Assembly: GCA_038320085.1 (NCBI GenBank)
Contig: JBBQDW010000001.1
Location: 1 to 47,323 of the forward strand
Source: Candidatus Humimicrobiales bacterium
Lineage (GTDB): Bacteria > Actinomycetota > Humimicrobiia > Humimicrobiales > Humimicrobiaceae
Length of the DNA stretch: 47,323 nt
Direction: 5' to 3'
The notes beneath the pieces were generated by a model. It saw only the letters and a list, made by a program, of their open reading frames with translations, was not told where the DNA came from and made no database searches. Both the position numbers and the translations under genes were made by a program. Below, piece after piece: positions 1 to 10,745 of the stretch (positions are counted from its first letter, which is position 1; each line of letters starts with the position of its first letter).

Positions 1-160
1 TTGACAAATAAAATAGACAGAGTATTATTAATAATATTAATAATATTAATATGCATACTAATACTATAATTGTATATATTGGAAATATTATTTTGTCTGT
101 TTTGTTAATTTTTATTTTTTAAAAACAGTAAATGTGAAAAACTAAAAAGGGGTTATTTTA

Positions 161-400
161 ATGGAAAAAGACAGGACCTCGGTTCTTTTAGACAGGGATG
201 TTATGCTAAAACTAAAGGCTGTTTCCAAAGCTACAAAAAAACCCTTGAATTTTTTAATTCAGGAGGCAGCAGTTGAATATGTTGCAAAAATAGTTCCTGA
301 AAAAAATATTGAAATATTTGGAATGGTTGACAGTGGTGACCCTGATTTTGCCGGCAAGGATGAAGAATATTTAAAAGATAACGGTTTCGGGGAGGATTAA
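161..400 (+). CDS. Ribbon-helix-helix (CopG/MetJ-type) antitoxin, VapB-like
   Basis: 79-aa ORF. The N-terminal strand-helix-helix pattern (TSVLLDRDVMLKLKAV...LNFLIQEAAVEYV) is typical of RHH antitoxins. A GGGG Shine-Dalgarno lies about 8 nt upstream. The stop overlaps the ATG of the downstream PIN gene (TAATG). Confidence 0.7.
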   Translation: MEKDRTSVLLDRDVMLKLKAVSKATKKPLNFLIQEAAVEYVAKIVPEKNIEIFGMVDSGDPDFAGKDEEYLKDNGFGED

Positions 401-813
401 TGATAGTCTTGGTTGATACAAGCGCAATAATTGCCTTTTGCGATAAACGGCACACATTGAATGTACAATTGCGTGACTTAATATCAGATGATGATAATGT
501 TTATATAATCCCCTCTCCTGTTGTTACGGAAGCCTGTTATATTTTAAACAGCAGGTTTGGCGCCAGGTTTGAAATCAGCTTTATCAAAGAAATAATCAAA
601 ACTAATTTTCTATTTGAGCCGGTCAAATTTGAAGACTTTTCAAGAATAGCTGAACTATTGCTCAAGTATGATAATTTAAACCTGGGTTTTGCTGATGGGG
701 CCATAATTGCAATTTCAGAAAGACTTGGGACAAACAAGATAATAACTCTTGACAGAAAACATTTTGAAGTGGTAATCCCAGCCGGTTTTAATCATTTTGA
801 AATACTGATTTAA
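400..813 (+). CDS. vapC: PIN-domain ribonuclease toxin, VapC-like
   Basis: 137 aa. It begins MIVLVDTSAII (first PIN Asp), with further conserved acidic positions in VVTEACY, FADGAIIAISE and TLDRKHF. It overlaps the upstream antitoxin by 1 nt. Confidence 0.8.
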   Translation: MIVLVDTSAIIAFCDKRHTLNVQLRDLISDDDNVYIIPSPVVTEACYILNSRFGARFEISFIKEIIKTNFLFEPVKFEDFSRIAELLLKYDNLNLGFADGAIIAISERLGTNKIITLDRKHFEVVIPAGFNHFEILI

Positions 814-862
814 AACCCAGTCAAAACCTTATTAGTTTATCAAATGTTTCAATAGTAATTCC

Positions 863-970
863 TTAAATTCCTCTTTCATATAGAATCTTTCCTTTAGATA
901 AAATTCTTTTATAGAGATGTTCTCTGACATCGTCCAAGTCGACTATATCAACTTCGTCTTCTACTTCCAT
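863..970 (-). pseudogene. Possible C-terminal remnant of a MNT/MntA-type nucleotidyltransferase (35-codon ORF)
   Basis: A minus-strand ORF not in the supplied track: MEVEDEVDIVDLDDVREHLYKRILSKGKILYERGI. It resembles the C-terminal (V)DLVDL...I..EGK.LYER segment of small nucleotidyltransferase antitoxins. It is far too short to be a full domain. Confidence 0.25.
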
Positions 971-972
971 CC

Positions 973-1563
973 TTAATTGGCTCCTTTACCGCTGAGCGCC
1001 GCAAAACCAGTTATAAATAGTATCTTCATGTCGTACAAAAATGATGCTTTTTTTACATATTCGCTGTCATATTGAACTTTTTGGGGAATTGATATTGCAT
1101 CTCTTCCGCTTATCTGGGCAAGCCCTGTGACCCCGGGTTTGGCCCTGTCTACTCCTTGCTCCTTTCGAAGATTTATAAGCAGTTCCTGGTTATAAAGCGC
1201 GGGACGCGGACCGACAAAGCTCATCTCGCCTTTTAGGATATTAACAAGCTGGGGTATTTCATCTATGCTTACCCGCCTTAAAAATGTGCCGAACCTGGTA
1301 TTTAGCTGCTCCTGGTTTTTTACCTCATCAGTCGGAATATCGGGAGTTCCCTCTCTCATTGACCTGAACTTATATATTGTAAAATAACCGCTGTTTAGGC
1401 CCACCCTTTTCTGGGTGTATATGATGCGCCCGGGAGAGTCGATTTTTATTAAAACAGGGATTACAATCCAGAGGGGGATAAACAATATAAAAAGCAGTAG
1501 TGAAAATATAATGTCAAAACTTCTCTTTAAAAACTTGTACAGCATAGGGAAATTATAAAACAA
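973..1563 (-). CDS. Polyprenyl-phosphate sugar phosphotransferase (bacterial sugar transferase family, WbaP/PglC-like)
   Basis: KRSFDIIFSLLL membrane hairpin, then YTQKRVGLNS..F.IYKFRSM and DEIPQLVNILKGEMSFVGPRP, the hallmark motifs of the family. The true start may be the internal MLYKFLKR. Confidence 0.85.
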   Translation of the reverse strand: MFYNFPMLYKFLKRSFDIIFSLLLFILFIPLWIVIPVLIKIDSPGRIIYTQKRVGLNSGYFTIYKFRSMREGTPDIPTDEVKNQEQLNTRFGTFLRRVSIDEIPQLVNILKGEMSFVGPRPALYNQELLINLRKEQGVDRAKPGVTGLAQISGRDAISIPQKVQYDSEYVKKASFLYDMKILFITGFAALSGKGAN

Positions 1564-1593
1564 AACCTGTTTGAATCAAAATCATTTTATAAT

Positions 1594-3504
1594 TTAATCC
1601 CATCTGTACCAGGTTTCAGTTTCATCAAAATCCGGGATCACCCTTCGCATATCCTTAAAGAGGTTGCCGTAATCATAAGTCTGTATCTCTCTTTCGATGG
1701 AAAAAAGGATGTTAATCAACTCCTCTTTTGAAATATCCCGTGCCATTCCATTATTTTTAGCTTCAAAAATATATTCAAACCCGGTTTTTACCAACACTTC
1801 ATTTTCTGCAACAAGCTCTTCGTTTAACTTTTCACCATGTTTGGGTCCTGTATAAATTATTTCAATGTCTTTTCCGGGTATCATTCCGTAAAGCTCTATC
1901 ATATTATTTGCCAAATCAAGTATGCTTAACTGTTCACCCATGTCCAATACGTAGATTTCGCCGCCGCCGCCCATGACGCAGGACTGAATCACAAGCTGTG
2001 CCGCCTCAGGAATCGTCATAAAATAGCGTTTCATGTCAGGATGTGTTATCTTTATCGGGCCCCCGGCTCTTATCTGCTCCTTAAAAAGCGGCACTACGCT
2101 TCCTTTACTGCCAAGTACGTTGCCAAACCTGACGATTATGAATTTGGTGCCATCAACTTGCGAAAGCCCCTGCAGGTATTTCTCCGCCAGAAGCTTTGAT
2201 ATGCCCATTATGCTTTTTGGATTGACTGCCTTATCTGTTGAAAGCATTACGAAACGGGAGACATTATAATCTATGGAAAGCTGCGCTATTGTCTTTGTCC
2301 CCATAAAGTTATTTTGGATGGCAGCCTCAGGATTTAGCTGCATAAGTGCAACATGCTTGTAGGCAGCAGCATGAAATACTATAACCGGCTTGTATTTTGC
2401 AAAGATGCCTTTCATTGCCTGCTTGTCCCTTATATCAGCAACACAGGGGACAATAGATGCAAATCCGAATTCATTTGCAAGTTCCTGTTCAATCAAAAAA
2501 AGATTGTTTTCTGTGTTGTCCACGAGCACCATTTTACCGGGATTAAATCTTATGACCTGCCTGCATATTTCTGAGCCTATTGAGCCGCCGGCCCCTGTTA
2601 TCAGTATGACTTTGTCTTTTATTTCTGATAATACTGCCGGCGTCTTTATATGTATCGGGGTGCGGCCAAGTATATCTTCGATATCAATATCCCTGACCTG
2701 GTAAAGATATACTTTACCGTCTATTACTTCATATAAGCTTGGCAGAGTCTTGCAGGCAACCCCGATTTCTTTGGCCCGAAACGCAATTTCCTTTCGCAGT
2801 TTGCCGGGGGCCGAAGGAATTGCGATGATTATTTCATCAATTGAGAATTGCTGGGCCACCTCTTCAAGATTTGAAATACTGCCGAGCACCTTTACCCCGT
2901 GTATCTGATGCTTTAGTTTTGAGACGTCGTCATCTAAAAAACCTACAGGTACATATTCACTGTTTCTCTGCCTTATCATCTCCCTGACTATCATCTCACC
3001 TGCATCGCCGGCGCCGCAGACAAGCACCCTTTTCCTGATTCCGGGACGGCCGAATTTTAATTCATTAAATAGTCTTTCGGAAAACCGGGAAATTATTATA
3101 AGAAGAAGAGAGAATAAAAAATCTATTATCAATATACTTCTTGGAAAATATGGCAGACTGAAAGTGCTTCCAAACCACGGGACAGGCTGGCTTAAGGCAT
3201 AAAACACCACACCCATTACGATAGTGCCAAGGGCTGACGCTTCAACAATCGCGACCATATCCTTAATGGAAGCGTATTTCCATACCCTTCTGTACATTCC
3301 GAAAATTGCAAAAAGCGGAAGCTTGATTATAAAGATTATAATCACATAAAATACGATAAAGTCCGCATATCTGGAAAATACAGCGCTGTCTGCGGTAACA
3401 TTTATTACACCTCTTAAAAAGAAGGATATTATAAATGATGAAAAGACAATCAGTATATCAAATATAAATAGCCTGGTTATTTTTAATGCTGAACTTTTTC
3501 TCAT
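1594..3504 (-). CDS. Membrane-anchored NDP-sugar 4,6-dehydratase/epimerase (CapD/PglF/WbpM family)
   Basis: 636 aa. Four N-terminal hydrophobic helices, two Rossmann glycine motifs (VCGAGDAGE and ITGAGGSIGSE), and an AAAYKHV catalytic YxxxK. This is the typical CapD architecture. Confidence 0.85.
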   Translation of the reverse strand: MRKSSALKITRLFIFDILIVFSSFIISFFLRGVINVTADSAVFSRYADFIVFYVIIIFIIKLPLFAIFGMYRRVWKYASIKDMVAIVEASALGTIVMGVVFYALSQPVPWFGSTFSLPYFPRSILIIDFLFSLLLIIISRFSERLFNELKFGRPGIRKRVLVCGAGDAGEMIVREMIRQRNSEYVPVGFLDDDVSKLKHQIHGVKVLGSISNLEEVAQQFSIDEIIIAIPSAPGKLRKEIAFRAKEIGVACKTLPSLYEVIDGKVYLYQVRDIDIEDILGRTPIHIKTPAVLSEIKDKVILITGAGGSIGSEICRQVIRFNPGKMVLVDNTENNLFLIEQELANEFGFASIVPCVADIRDKQAMKGIFAKYKPVIVFHAAAYKHVALMQLNPEAAIQNNFMGTKTIAQLSIDYNVSRFVMLSTDKAVNPKSIMGISKLLAEKYLQGLSQVDGTKFIIVRFGNVLGSKGSVVPLFKEQIRAGGPIKITHPDMKRYFMTIPEAAQLVIQSCVMGGGGEIYVLDMGEQLSILDLANNMIELYGMIPGKDIEIIYTGPKHGEKLNEELVAENEVLVKTGFEYIFEAKNNGMARDISKEELINILFSIEREIQTYDYGNLFKDMRRVIPDFDETETWYRWD

Positions 3505-3615
3505 AGGATAATTATAACACAGTTTTCTTAACCGGTTGAATTTTATAGAAAACGGGCAAATAATTATATAAAATAAACAATACAGTCATCCTATCCCGGC
3601 AGTATTCTTACCCTG

Positions 3616-3719
3616 CCACTATTGCCGCTTCATGTTTTCCACTTCATGTTTCCCACTTCATGTTTCCCACTTCATGTTTTCCACTTCATGTTTTCCACTA
3701 TTGCCACTTCATGTTTTCC
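3616..3719 (-). repeat. Tandem 14-nt repeat array seeded from the last codons of the LCP gene
   Basis: On the minus strand the sequence reads GGAAAACATGAAGTGGCAATAG (gene end plus stop). Four copies of GG(A/G)AAACATGAAGT follow, then GGAAAACATGAAGCGGCAATAGTGG, a second copy of the terminus. Confidence 0.9.
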
Positions 3720-5896
3720 TGGAAATCCCTGCCGAGTATTACAATAACATCGGCCCCGGAGTCGTAGCCTGACCATGACGGGCCATACTGTTCCATCTGG
3801 TAGCTGTTAAGTATCATTGCCAGCTGTTCTGCATTTGATGCTTTCTCTGGTTTATAGATTATAAGGGTCTTTTCAAAATCATAACTTTTTGCATTTGCCT
3901 TTCCCTTTATCTTGAAGCCGTATTGTGAAAGATAGCCGGAAAATTCTGTTGCCGCGCCTTTGATGCCGCTTCCATTATAAACAAAAACATTTGTCTTTTT
4001 TACTATAGATGTATCAAGGGTAAAACCCACATCAATATTTATTTCCATTGGAATAACTCCCTGCTGAGAAAACCATGTGACGGTTTCATGCACAAGATCA
4101 TATGCAAGCGCGTATCTTCCGGGTTTGTCGGGCGCCGTAATTATTATATTTACGGTTGCCGACTCTCCATGGTCCACATTATTTGGCAGTTCACCGCTGT
4201 CCGCATCATAGATGATTACTTCCCTTGTGTCCCTGTTATACCAGTGGACCCCCAAATCAATCCTGTCTAGTGCCTTGTTTATCCATTCCATAAATCCGTT
4301 ATTTGTTACTTTTACCTGTGTGGTAAATTGCTGTCCGGGGGAAACCTTGTTGGGAGTGGTCCCCATGTCATCGTAAACTGCCGCGTAATCAATATTTACG
4401 GCCACATACTTTTCAAGCGGCGGAACTCCCTGGTATGAAAACCATGTCAGCCCCTCGTGCACCATATCCACCTGCAAAATATAATTGCCGGGCTTGTCGG
4501 GAGCCTTGATTTTTAAATCCATATCAACTTCTTCACCCGGAAAAACTTTGTCCTGTACAAGCAGGGATCTCTCACCGTCAAATACAACAGCTTTTTTGGT
4601 GTCAAAATCGAGCCAGTGGTAGCTTAAGTAAAATGGCGCCTGACCGCCTCTTTCCCATGTCGTTGCGCCGGTATTTTTAACTTTGATTTTTGTTATATAT
4701 AACTTATCCTTGCCCATAGATTCAGGAATATTTTCTGTGCCGCCCGTATACTCAATGCCGTATATGCTGGTGGGCTGGTTAAATATTATCCGCTGCCACA
4801 TCGCCCTGGACTCCTCTATATCAGGGACCTGGACGCTTTTGGTCCCATTATCAATCCAATCGGGACGTGAGGGTATTATAGCAGAGCTTATATTCTCGGT
4901 CCCGAACGAAAGCGCAGATTTGGCATATGAAATAATTGTCATTACATCCAGGTCCGTCCTAACGTTGTCAACAATAATGTTAAGATACTCGTTTATATTG
5001 GAAATATATTTTATGTCCAGCTTCTGCTTTATCAGTTCTTTAAAAATCAGCTGCTGGCGCTGAATCCTTCCTATATCGCCAAACTCTGTTGACCTGCTTC
5101 TGGTATATGCGAGCGACTGCTCACCGGTAAAGTGATGATTGCCTGCAGCAATGTAAGCATTGGTCTTGGGATCGATTATTGGCCGGTCAATTATTACATC
5201 GACACCGCCAAGCCCGTCTACAAGCTTTACAAAACCTTCAAAGTCTATTGTCACATAATGATTTATGACTGCATCCAGAAAAATTGAGACAGTCTTTATC
5301 ATCAGTTCTTCCCCGCCAAAAGCATATGCGGCATTTATCTTATCCTGGCCATATCCGGGAATATCAACAAGCGTATCCCTTGGAATGGAGAGCAGTGCGG
5401 CACTTTTTTCGGCCGGGTTGATGTGAAGAAGCATTATGGTATCCGCCCTTCCCTGTTCAGTCTCTGCATCCCTGGTATCCCTGCCGAGCAGCAATATGGT
5501 AACCGGAGAATCAAGGGTCTTTTCAACAGGCGCAAGGATGTTCTGTACCTGGGTTGTTGTACCTGAGCTTAAGGTCTTGTTGAGGGAGTTTAAGTAATAA
5601 TAAAAACCGCCCGCGCCGCAAGCCGCTGCAAATAATATCGCTGAAAAAAATATTATAAGAAATTTCTGGTATGTCCGCAGCCTTTTCCACTTGTTTTTTT
5701 TTGGCGGTTTGGGTTCGCCGGTTTTCTGTATAACAGGTTTTTTTTCTTTTTTTACCTTTTTCACAGCAGCGCTGAAGCCGATTTCAGGTAAAACCTCTGA
5801 GTTTTGTTCGATTTTTTCTGACATTTTAAATAAAAAGTGAAAATTTTTAAATATTTTAGAAATTGAATAACCTGGTATTATATATTCATTACCCAT
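3698..5896 (-). CDS. LytR-CpsA-Psr (LCP) family cell-envelope phosphotransferase with two inserted beta-sandwich repeats and a LytR_C-like C-terminus
   Basis: One TM helix (LIIFFSAILFAAACGAGGFYYYL). The LCP core is present (LLLGRDTRD, GRADTIMLLHINP, LSIPRDT). Two internal ~110-aa repeats end APDKPGNYILQVDMVHEGLTWFSYQGVPP and APDKPGRYALAYDLVHETVTWFSQQGVIP. The C-terminal segment (VFVYNGSGIKGAATEFSGYL) resembles LytR_C. The start is uncertain; MSEKIEQ at 5824 is an alternative. Confidence 0.8.
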   Translation of the reverse strand: MGNEYIIPGYSISKIFKNFHFLFKMSEKIEQNSEVLPEIGFSAAVKKVKKEKKPVIQKTGEPKPPKKNKWKRLRTYQKFLIIFFSAILFAAACGAGGFYYYLNSLNKTLSSGTTTQVQNILAPVEKTLDSPVTILLLGRDTRDAETEQGRADTIMLLHINPAEKSAALLSIPRDTLVDIPGYGQDKINAAYAFGGEELMIKTVSIFLDAVINHYVTIDFEGFVKLVDGLGGVDVIIDRPIIDPKTNAYIAAGNHHFTGEQSLAYTRSRSTEFGDIGRIQRQQLIFKELIKQKLDIKYISNINEYLNIIVDNVRTDLDVMTIISYAKSALSFGTENISSAIIPSRPDWIDNGTKSVQVPDIEESRAMWQRIIFNQPTSIYGIEYTGGTENIPESMGKDKLYITKIKVKNTGATTWERGGQAPFYLSYHWLDFDTKKAVVFDGERSLLVQDKVFPGEEVDMDLKIKAPDKPGNYILQVDMVHEGLTWFSYQGVPPLEKYVAVNIDYAAVYDDMGTTPNKVSPGQQFTTQVKVTNNGFMEWINKALDRIDLGVHWYNRDTREVIIYDADSGELPNNVDHGESATVNIIITAPDKPGRYALAYDLVHETVTWFSQQGVIPMEINIDVGFTLDTSIVKKTNVFVYNGSGIKGAATEFSGYLSQYGFKIKGKANAKSYDFEKTLIIYKPEKASNAEQLAMILNSYQMEQYGPSWSGYDSGADVIVILGRDFQENMKWQ

Positions 5897-5940
5897 TAAA
5901 TTACAATACAGGAATTTTGAATGTCCGGGTCTTGGAATAT

Positions 5941-7230
5941 TTATACTTGTATTATGTCTGCTCCCAGCCCTTTTAATTTTGACTCAAAATTTTCATAGCC
6001 TCTTTGTATGTGCCGTATATCATAGATTTCAGTTGTGCCTTCAGCAACAAGGCCTGCAAGAACCATCGCTGCCCCTGCACGCAAATCAAATGCTTTTACA
6101 GGTGCGCCTGAAAGCTTTTTGACTCCGTTAATCACAGCATGATGCCCATCGACTTTAATATTTGCCCCCATCCTGTTTAGTTCTTCTACATACATAAACC
6201 TGTTCTCAAAAACATTTTCTGTGATTATGGATACCCCGGGTATAATTGAGAGCAAAACTGCAATTATGGGCTGCAAATCTGTGGGAAAACCCGGATAAGG
6301 AAGGGTACTTATATTTAAAGGTTTTAAAATTCTTTTTGGGCGGCTCACAACCACGGTCGCATCATCGACGCTTGAGATATCAATACCTGTCTCTTTTACC
6401 TTCTGGCAAAAAATCTCTATGTTTTTCCAGACTGCACCCTGTATCTCAACTTTTTTACCGCATATGGCCGCGGCTGTAATAAATGTGCCCGCCTCTATGC
6501 TGTCCGGCATAATCGAGTAATCTGTTGAGCCTAATTTGGACACACCATTTATCTTAATGCTGTCCGTACCACCGCCTGCAATTTGGGCACCCATCGATAT
6601 CAAAAAATTTGCAAGGTCGACGATCTCTCTTTCGCAGGCAGCATTATTTATTACTGTGCGGCCATCGGCCATTACTGCTGCCATCATGAGGTTTTCGGTT
6701 GCGCCTCTTGAAGGAAAATCAAGGTTAATAACCGCCCCTTTCAGATTGGCTTTACCGGTGGTTTTTATGCTTTTTAAATCTGCGCTGCAATTTATATAGC
6801 CATGTTCGATGTAGTTTTTAGCGCCCAGTTCTTCAAAACCTTTGAGGTGGATGTCTATCTGTCTTGCGCCGATATTGCATCCTCCGGGAATTGCAACCTT
6901 TACTCTGCCAAATTTAGTGAGCAGGGGCCCGGCAACAAGTATTGACGCCCTCATCTTCCTGACCAGTTCATAGGGTGCCTCATAAGTATTTATCCCTGAC
7001 GGGTCTATTTCAAGAATATTCCTGCTCTTGTCAAAATCAAGCTGTGCATTTAAAGTTTTTAGCACCTCGACCATGGTATTTACATCTTCGATGTCCGGTA
7101 CATTGCGAAGAGTAACCTTGCTGTCAGCCAAAATGGCTGCAGCAATGATCTTAAGAGCAGAGTTTTTGGCGCCGCTGATCTTTACCCTGCCTGCTAGCGT
7201 TTTACCGCCGTTAATTACATATCCTGACAT
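5941..7230 (-). CDS. murA: UDP-N-acetylglucosamine 1-carboxyvinyltransferase
   Basis: 429 aa. It shows KISGAKNSALKI, the GGCNIGARQIDIHL active-site Cys loop, and a full-length MurA-like pattern. It lies directly downstream of the atp operon, as in Bacillota. Confidence 0.95.
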   Translation of the reverse strand: MSGYVINGGKTLAGRVKISGAKNSALKIIAAAILADSKVTLRNVPDIEDVNTMVEVLKTLNAQLDFDKSRNILEIDPSGINTYEAPYELVRKMRASILVAGPLLTKFGRVKVAIPGGCNIGARQIDIHLKGFEELGAKNYIEHGYINCSADLKSIKTTGKANLKGAVINLDFPSRGATENLMMAAVMADGRTVINNAACEREIVDLANFLISMGAQIAGGGTDSIKINGVSKLGSTDYSIMPDSIEAGTFITAAAICGKKVEIQGAVWKNIEIFCQKVKETGIDISSVDDATVVVSRPKRILKPLNISTLPYPGFPTDLQPIIAVLLSIIPGVSIITENVFENRFMYVEELNRMGANIKVDGHHAVINGVKKLSGAPVKAFDLRAGAAMVLAGLVAEGTTEIYDIRHIQRGYENFESKLKGLGADIIQV

Positions 7231-7478
7231 AGTTTATGCACACAAAATCCTTATGATAGTTTTTAAAAGTTGTAGTAATTATAACAAAAGAGGAAAAAAA
7301 ATAAACTTCGCATCAAATTCGCACGGCAGGATTCCTAACCTGGAGTTTTTATAGTTTTATAAATCTATAGTTTATAAATCTGCTGAGTTAATAGGTAAGA
7401 CTTTCGGGCAAGAGCCCACCGCACTATAATCATACGAAGTATCTTTAGGCAATAGCCTAAATTTGATTACTGCGGTTA

Positions 7479-7877
7479 TTAATTCCTCAAAGACTTGAGG
7501 CCGGCAATCGCTTTTACTACTTTTTTTGTCTCCTCCGTAATTTCATGGGTAATATCATGCTTTTTCTTTAACTCTTCAACTACCGCATCTTTATTATCCG
7601 GATCTGTTAAAATTGCACGTTCCGTCAAAACATAGGCCCTGCTGTCAAGCAACTCAAAATACCCCCTGCAAACCCCTATATATATTGGCTTTCCTTCATT
7701 GACAAGTTTTAAAATCCCGATTTTGAGCTGGGCCACAATAGGAACATGCCTGGGCAGGACACCCATGCTGCCGCTTTTTGCAGGAATACTTATAAAATCA
7801 ACTTCCCCTTCAAAAACCTTTCCTTCAGGGGTTACAACCGTTATTTTTATTTTATTTTTATTTTCTTTGGATTCCAT
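7479..7877 (-). CDS. atpC: F1 ATP synthase epsilon subunit
   Basis: 132 aa, last gene of the atp operon. VVTPEG.VFEGEV..I..P...G..GVLP.H.P is typical of epsilon. Confidence 0.9.
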   Translation of the reverse strand: MESKENKNKIKITVVTPEGKVFEGEVDFISIPAKSGSMGVLPRHVPIVAQLKIGILKLVNEGKPIYIGVCRGYFELLDSRAYVLTERAILTDPDNKDAVVEELKKKHDITHEITEETKKVVKAIAGLKSLRN

Positions 7878-7929
7878 AAAACTACAGCAGCTAAAAACTC
7901 TCTATTATTATTAAAAAATTTTCTAAAAC

Positions 7930-9393
<1,464 letters not shown>

Positions 9394-9595
9394 TTATATC
9401 CCGCCTTTTAACTTAAAAATTTGACTTATATTTAACTTATCCTTATTTTAGAACCATTTATCCAAACTTTTATTTTTTAACTGTTCCCAAGATAACTTAG
9501 ACATACTCAGCTTTTATTTATTTATATGTCCCTTAGTTAATTGTTTTAAAAGTACCAAAAACAGGGCCGATTTTTTAAATAGTGTTTCCCTCACA

Positions 9596-10549
9596 TCATA
9601 CTTCGCTTAAAGCGTTTGCGCCTGATACTATCTCTGCTATCTCCATTGTGATCTGCTGCTGCCTTGCCCTGTGATACATGAGCACCAGTTCTTTTATCAT
9701 ATCTTCTGCATTATCGCTTGCACTCTTCATTGCCGTCATCCTTGCACCGGTTTCACTGGCAGTTGCTTCAAGAAGGGCACCATAGACAATAGTATAAATA
9801 TATTCCGGAAGAATAGCGCTAAGAACATCTTCCTGTGAAGGATCGTATAAAAATTCTGAATCCGATTTTGAAACCCCCGTTTTTGAAACCTCTGTGCCCT
9901 GGCTCGGAGAATCTATTTTTTCCGCGAGCGCCGGCTCATCCTCAAGCAACTGGAAGCTTCCCCGGATAAATTCTATGGGTAAAAGCTGCAGACTGGAAGG
10001 TACCTGCTCTGCCGGGTTTTTAAACTTTGTATAGCATATAATTACCCTGTCTACCTCACCGGAAACATACCTTCTTATAATCTCTTTTGAAATTTCCCTT
10101 GCATCCAAAAACCTCGGGTGATCCGAGAGGTTTTCATAAAAATTGTCAATATTGTATCCCATATACCTGAAGTAATTCCTGCCGCGCGTGCCTGCAATAT
10201 CAAGTTTTACATTCTTGCCTTTTGCAAGATTCTGTTTTATCGTCTTTTCGGTCAGCCTTATAATATTTGAGTTGTAGCCTCCGCAAAGTCCCCGGTCCGC
10301 TGTTATTGAAGTAACAAGAACAGTGTCGTCGTTTTTATGCACAGCCAAAAGAGGATCAGTTATTGTCCCCGAATGCTGGGCAATATCTATTATCACTCCT
10401 TCAATACCGGATACAAATGCTCTTGCTTCAAGGATCCTGCTCTGGGCCTTCCTGATTTTAGACGAAGCAATCATTTCCATCGCCTTTGTAATTTTCCTTG
10501 TACCGCTTATGCTTTTTATCCTGCTTCTTATTTCCTGGGATTTTTCCAT
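9596..10549 (-). CDS. atpG: F1 ATP synthase gamma subunit
   Basis: N-terminal I..RI.S...T.KIT.AMEM.A..K and C-terminal ITMEI.EIVSGA. It carries an extra acidic/Ser-rich segment (EDEPALAEKIDSPSQGTEVSKTGVSKSDSE) compared with typical ~290-aa gammas. Confidence 0.9.
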   Translation of the reverse strand: MEKSQEIRSRIKSISGTRKITKAMEMIASSKIRKAQSRILEARAFVSGIEGVIIDIAQHSGTITDPLLAVHKNDDTVLVTSITADRGLCGGYNSNIIRLTEKTIKQNLAKGKNVKLDIAGTRGRNYFRYMGYNIDNFYENLSDHPRFLDAREISKEIIRRYVSGEVDRVIICYTKFKNPAEQVPSSLQLLPIEFIRGSFQLLEDEPALAEKIDSPSQGTEVSKTGVSKSDSEFLYDPSQEDVLSAILPEYIYTIVYGALLEATASETGARMTAMKSASDNAEDMIKELVLMYHRARQQQITMEIAEIVSGANALSEV

Positions 10550-10745
10550 ATAATGCTTAAATTATTAATTTTATCTTAACTAAAGTTCTGATTTGCCTAA
10601 AAGTCCGCCTTGTACAAAAACCTGTCCTGGCTAAAAGCCTGCCTTATATAAAAGATTACCAGAGCTAAAGGTTTAACCTTCATAAAATTATTCCATATTT
10701 GGAAATTTGGCTAATTTAAAAGCCGGCCCTGCCTGAAAGTTTGCC

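Noticed and set aside
1-160. Promoter or operator for vapBC (TTGACA at 1-6, TATAAT near 64-69, partial inverted repeat AAATAGACAGA / TGTCTGTTTT).
   Set aside because: The hexamers are not at a workable spacing from each other, and the inverted repeat is imperfect. In DNA this AT-rich such matches are expected by chance. The true upstream context is also cut by the window edge.
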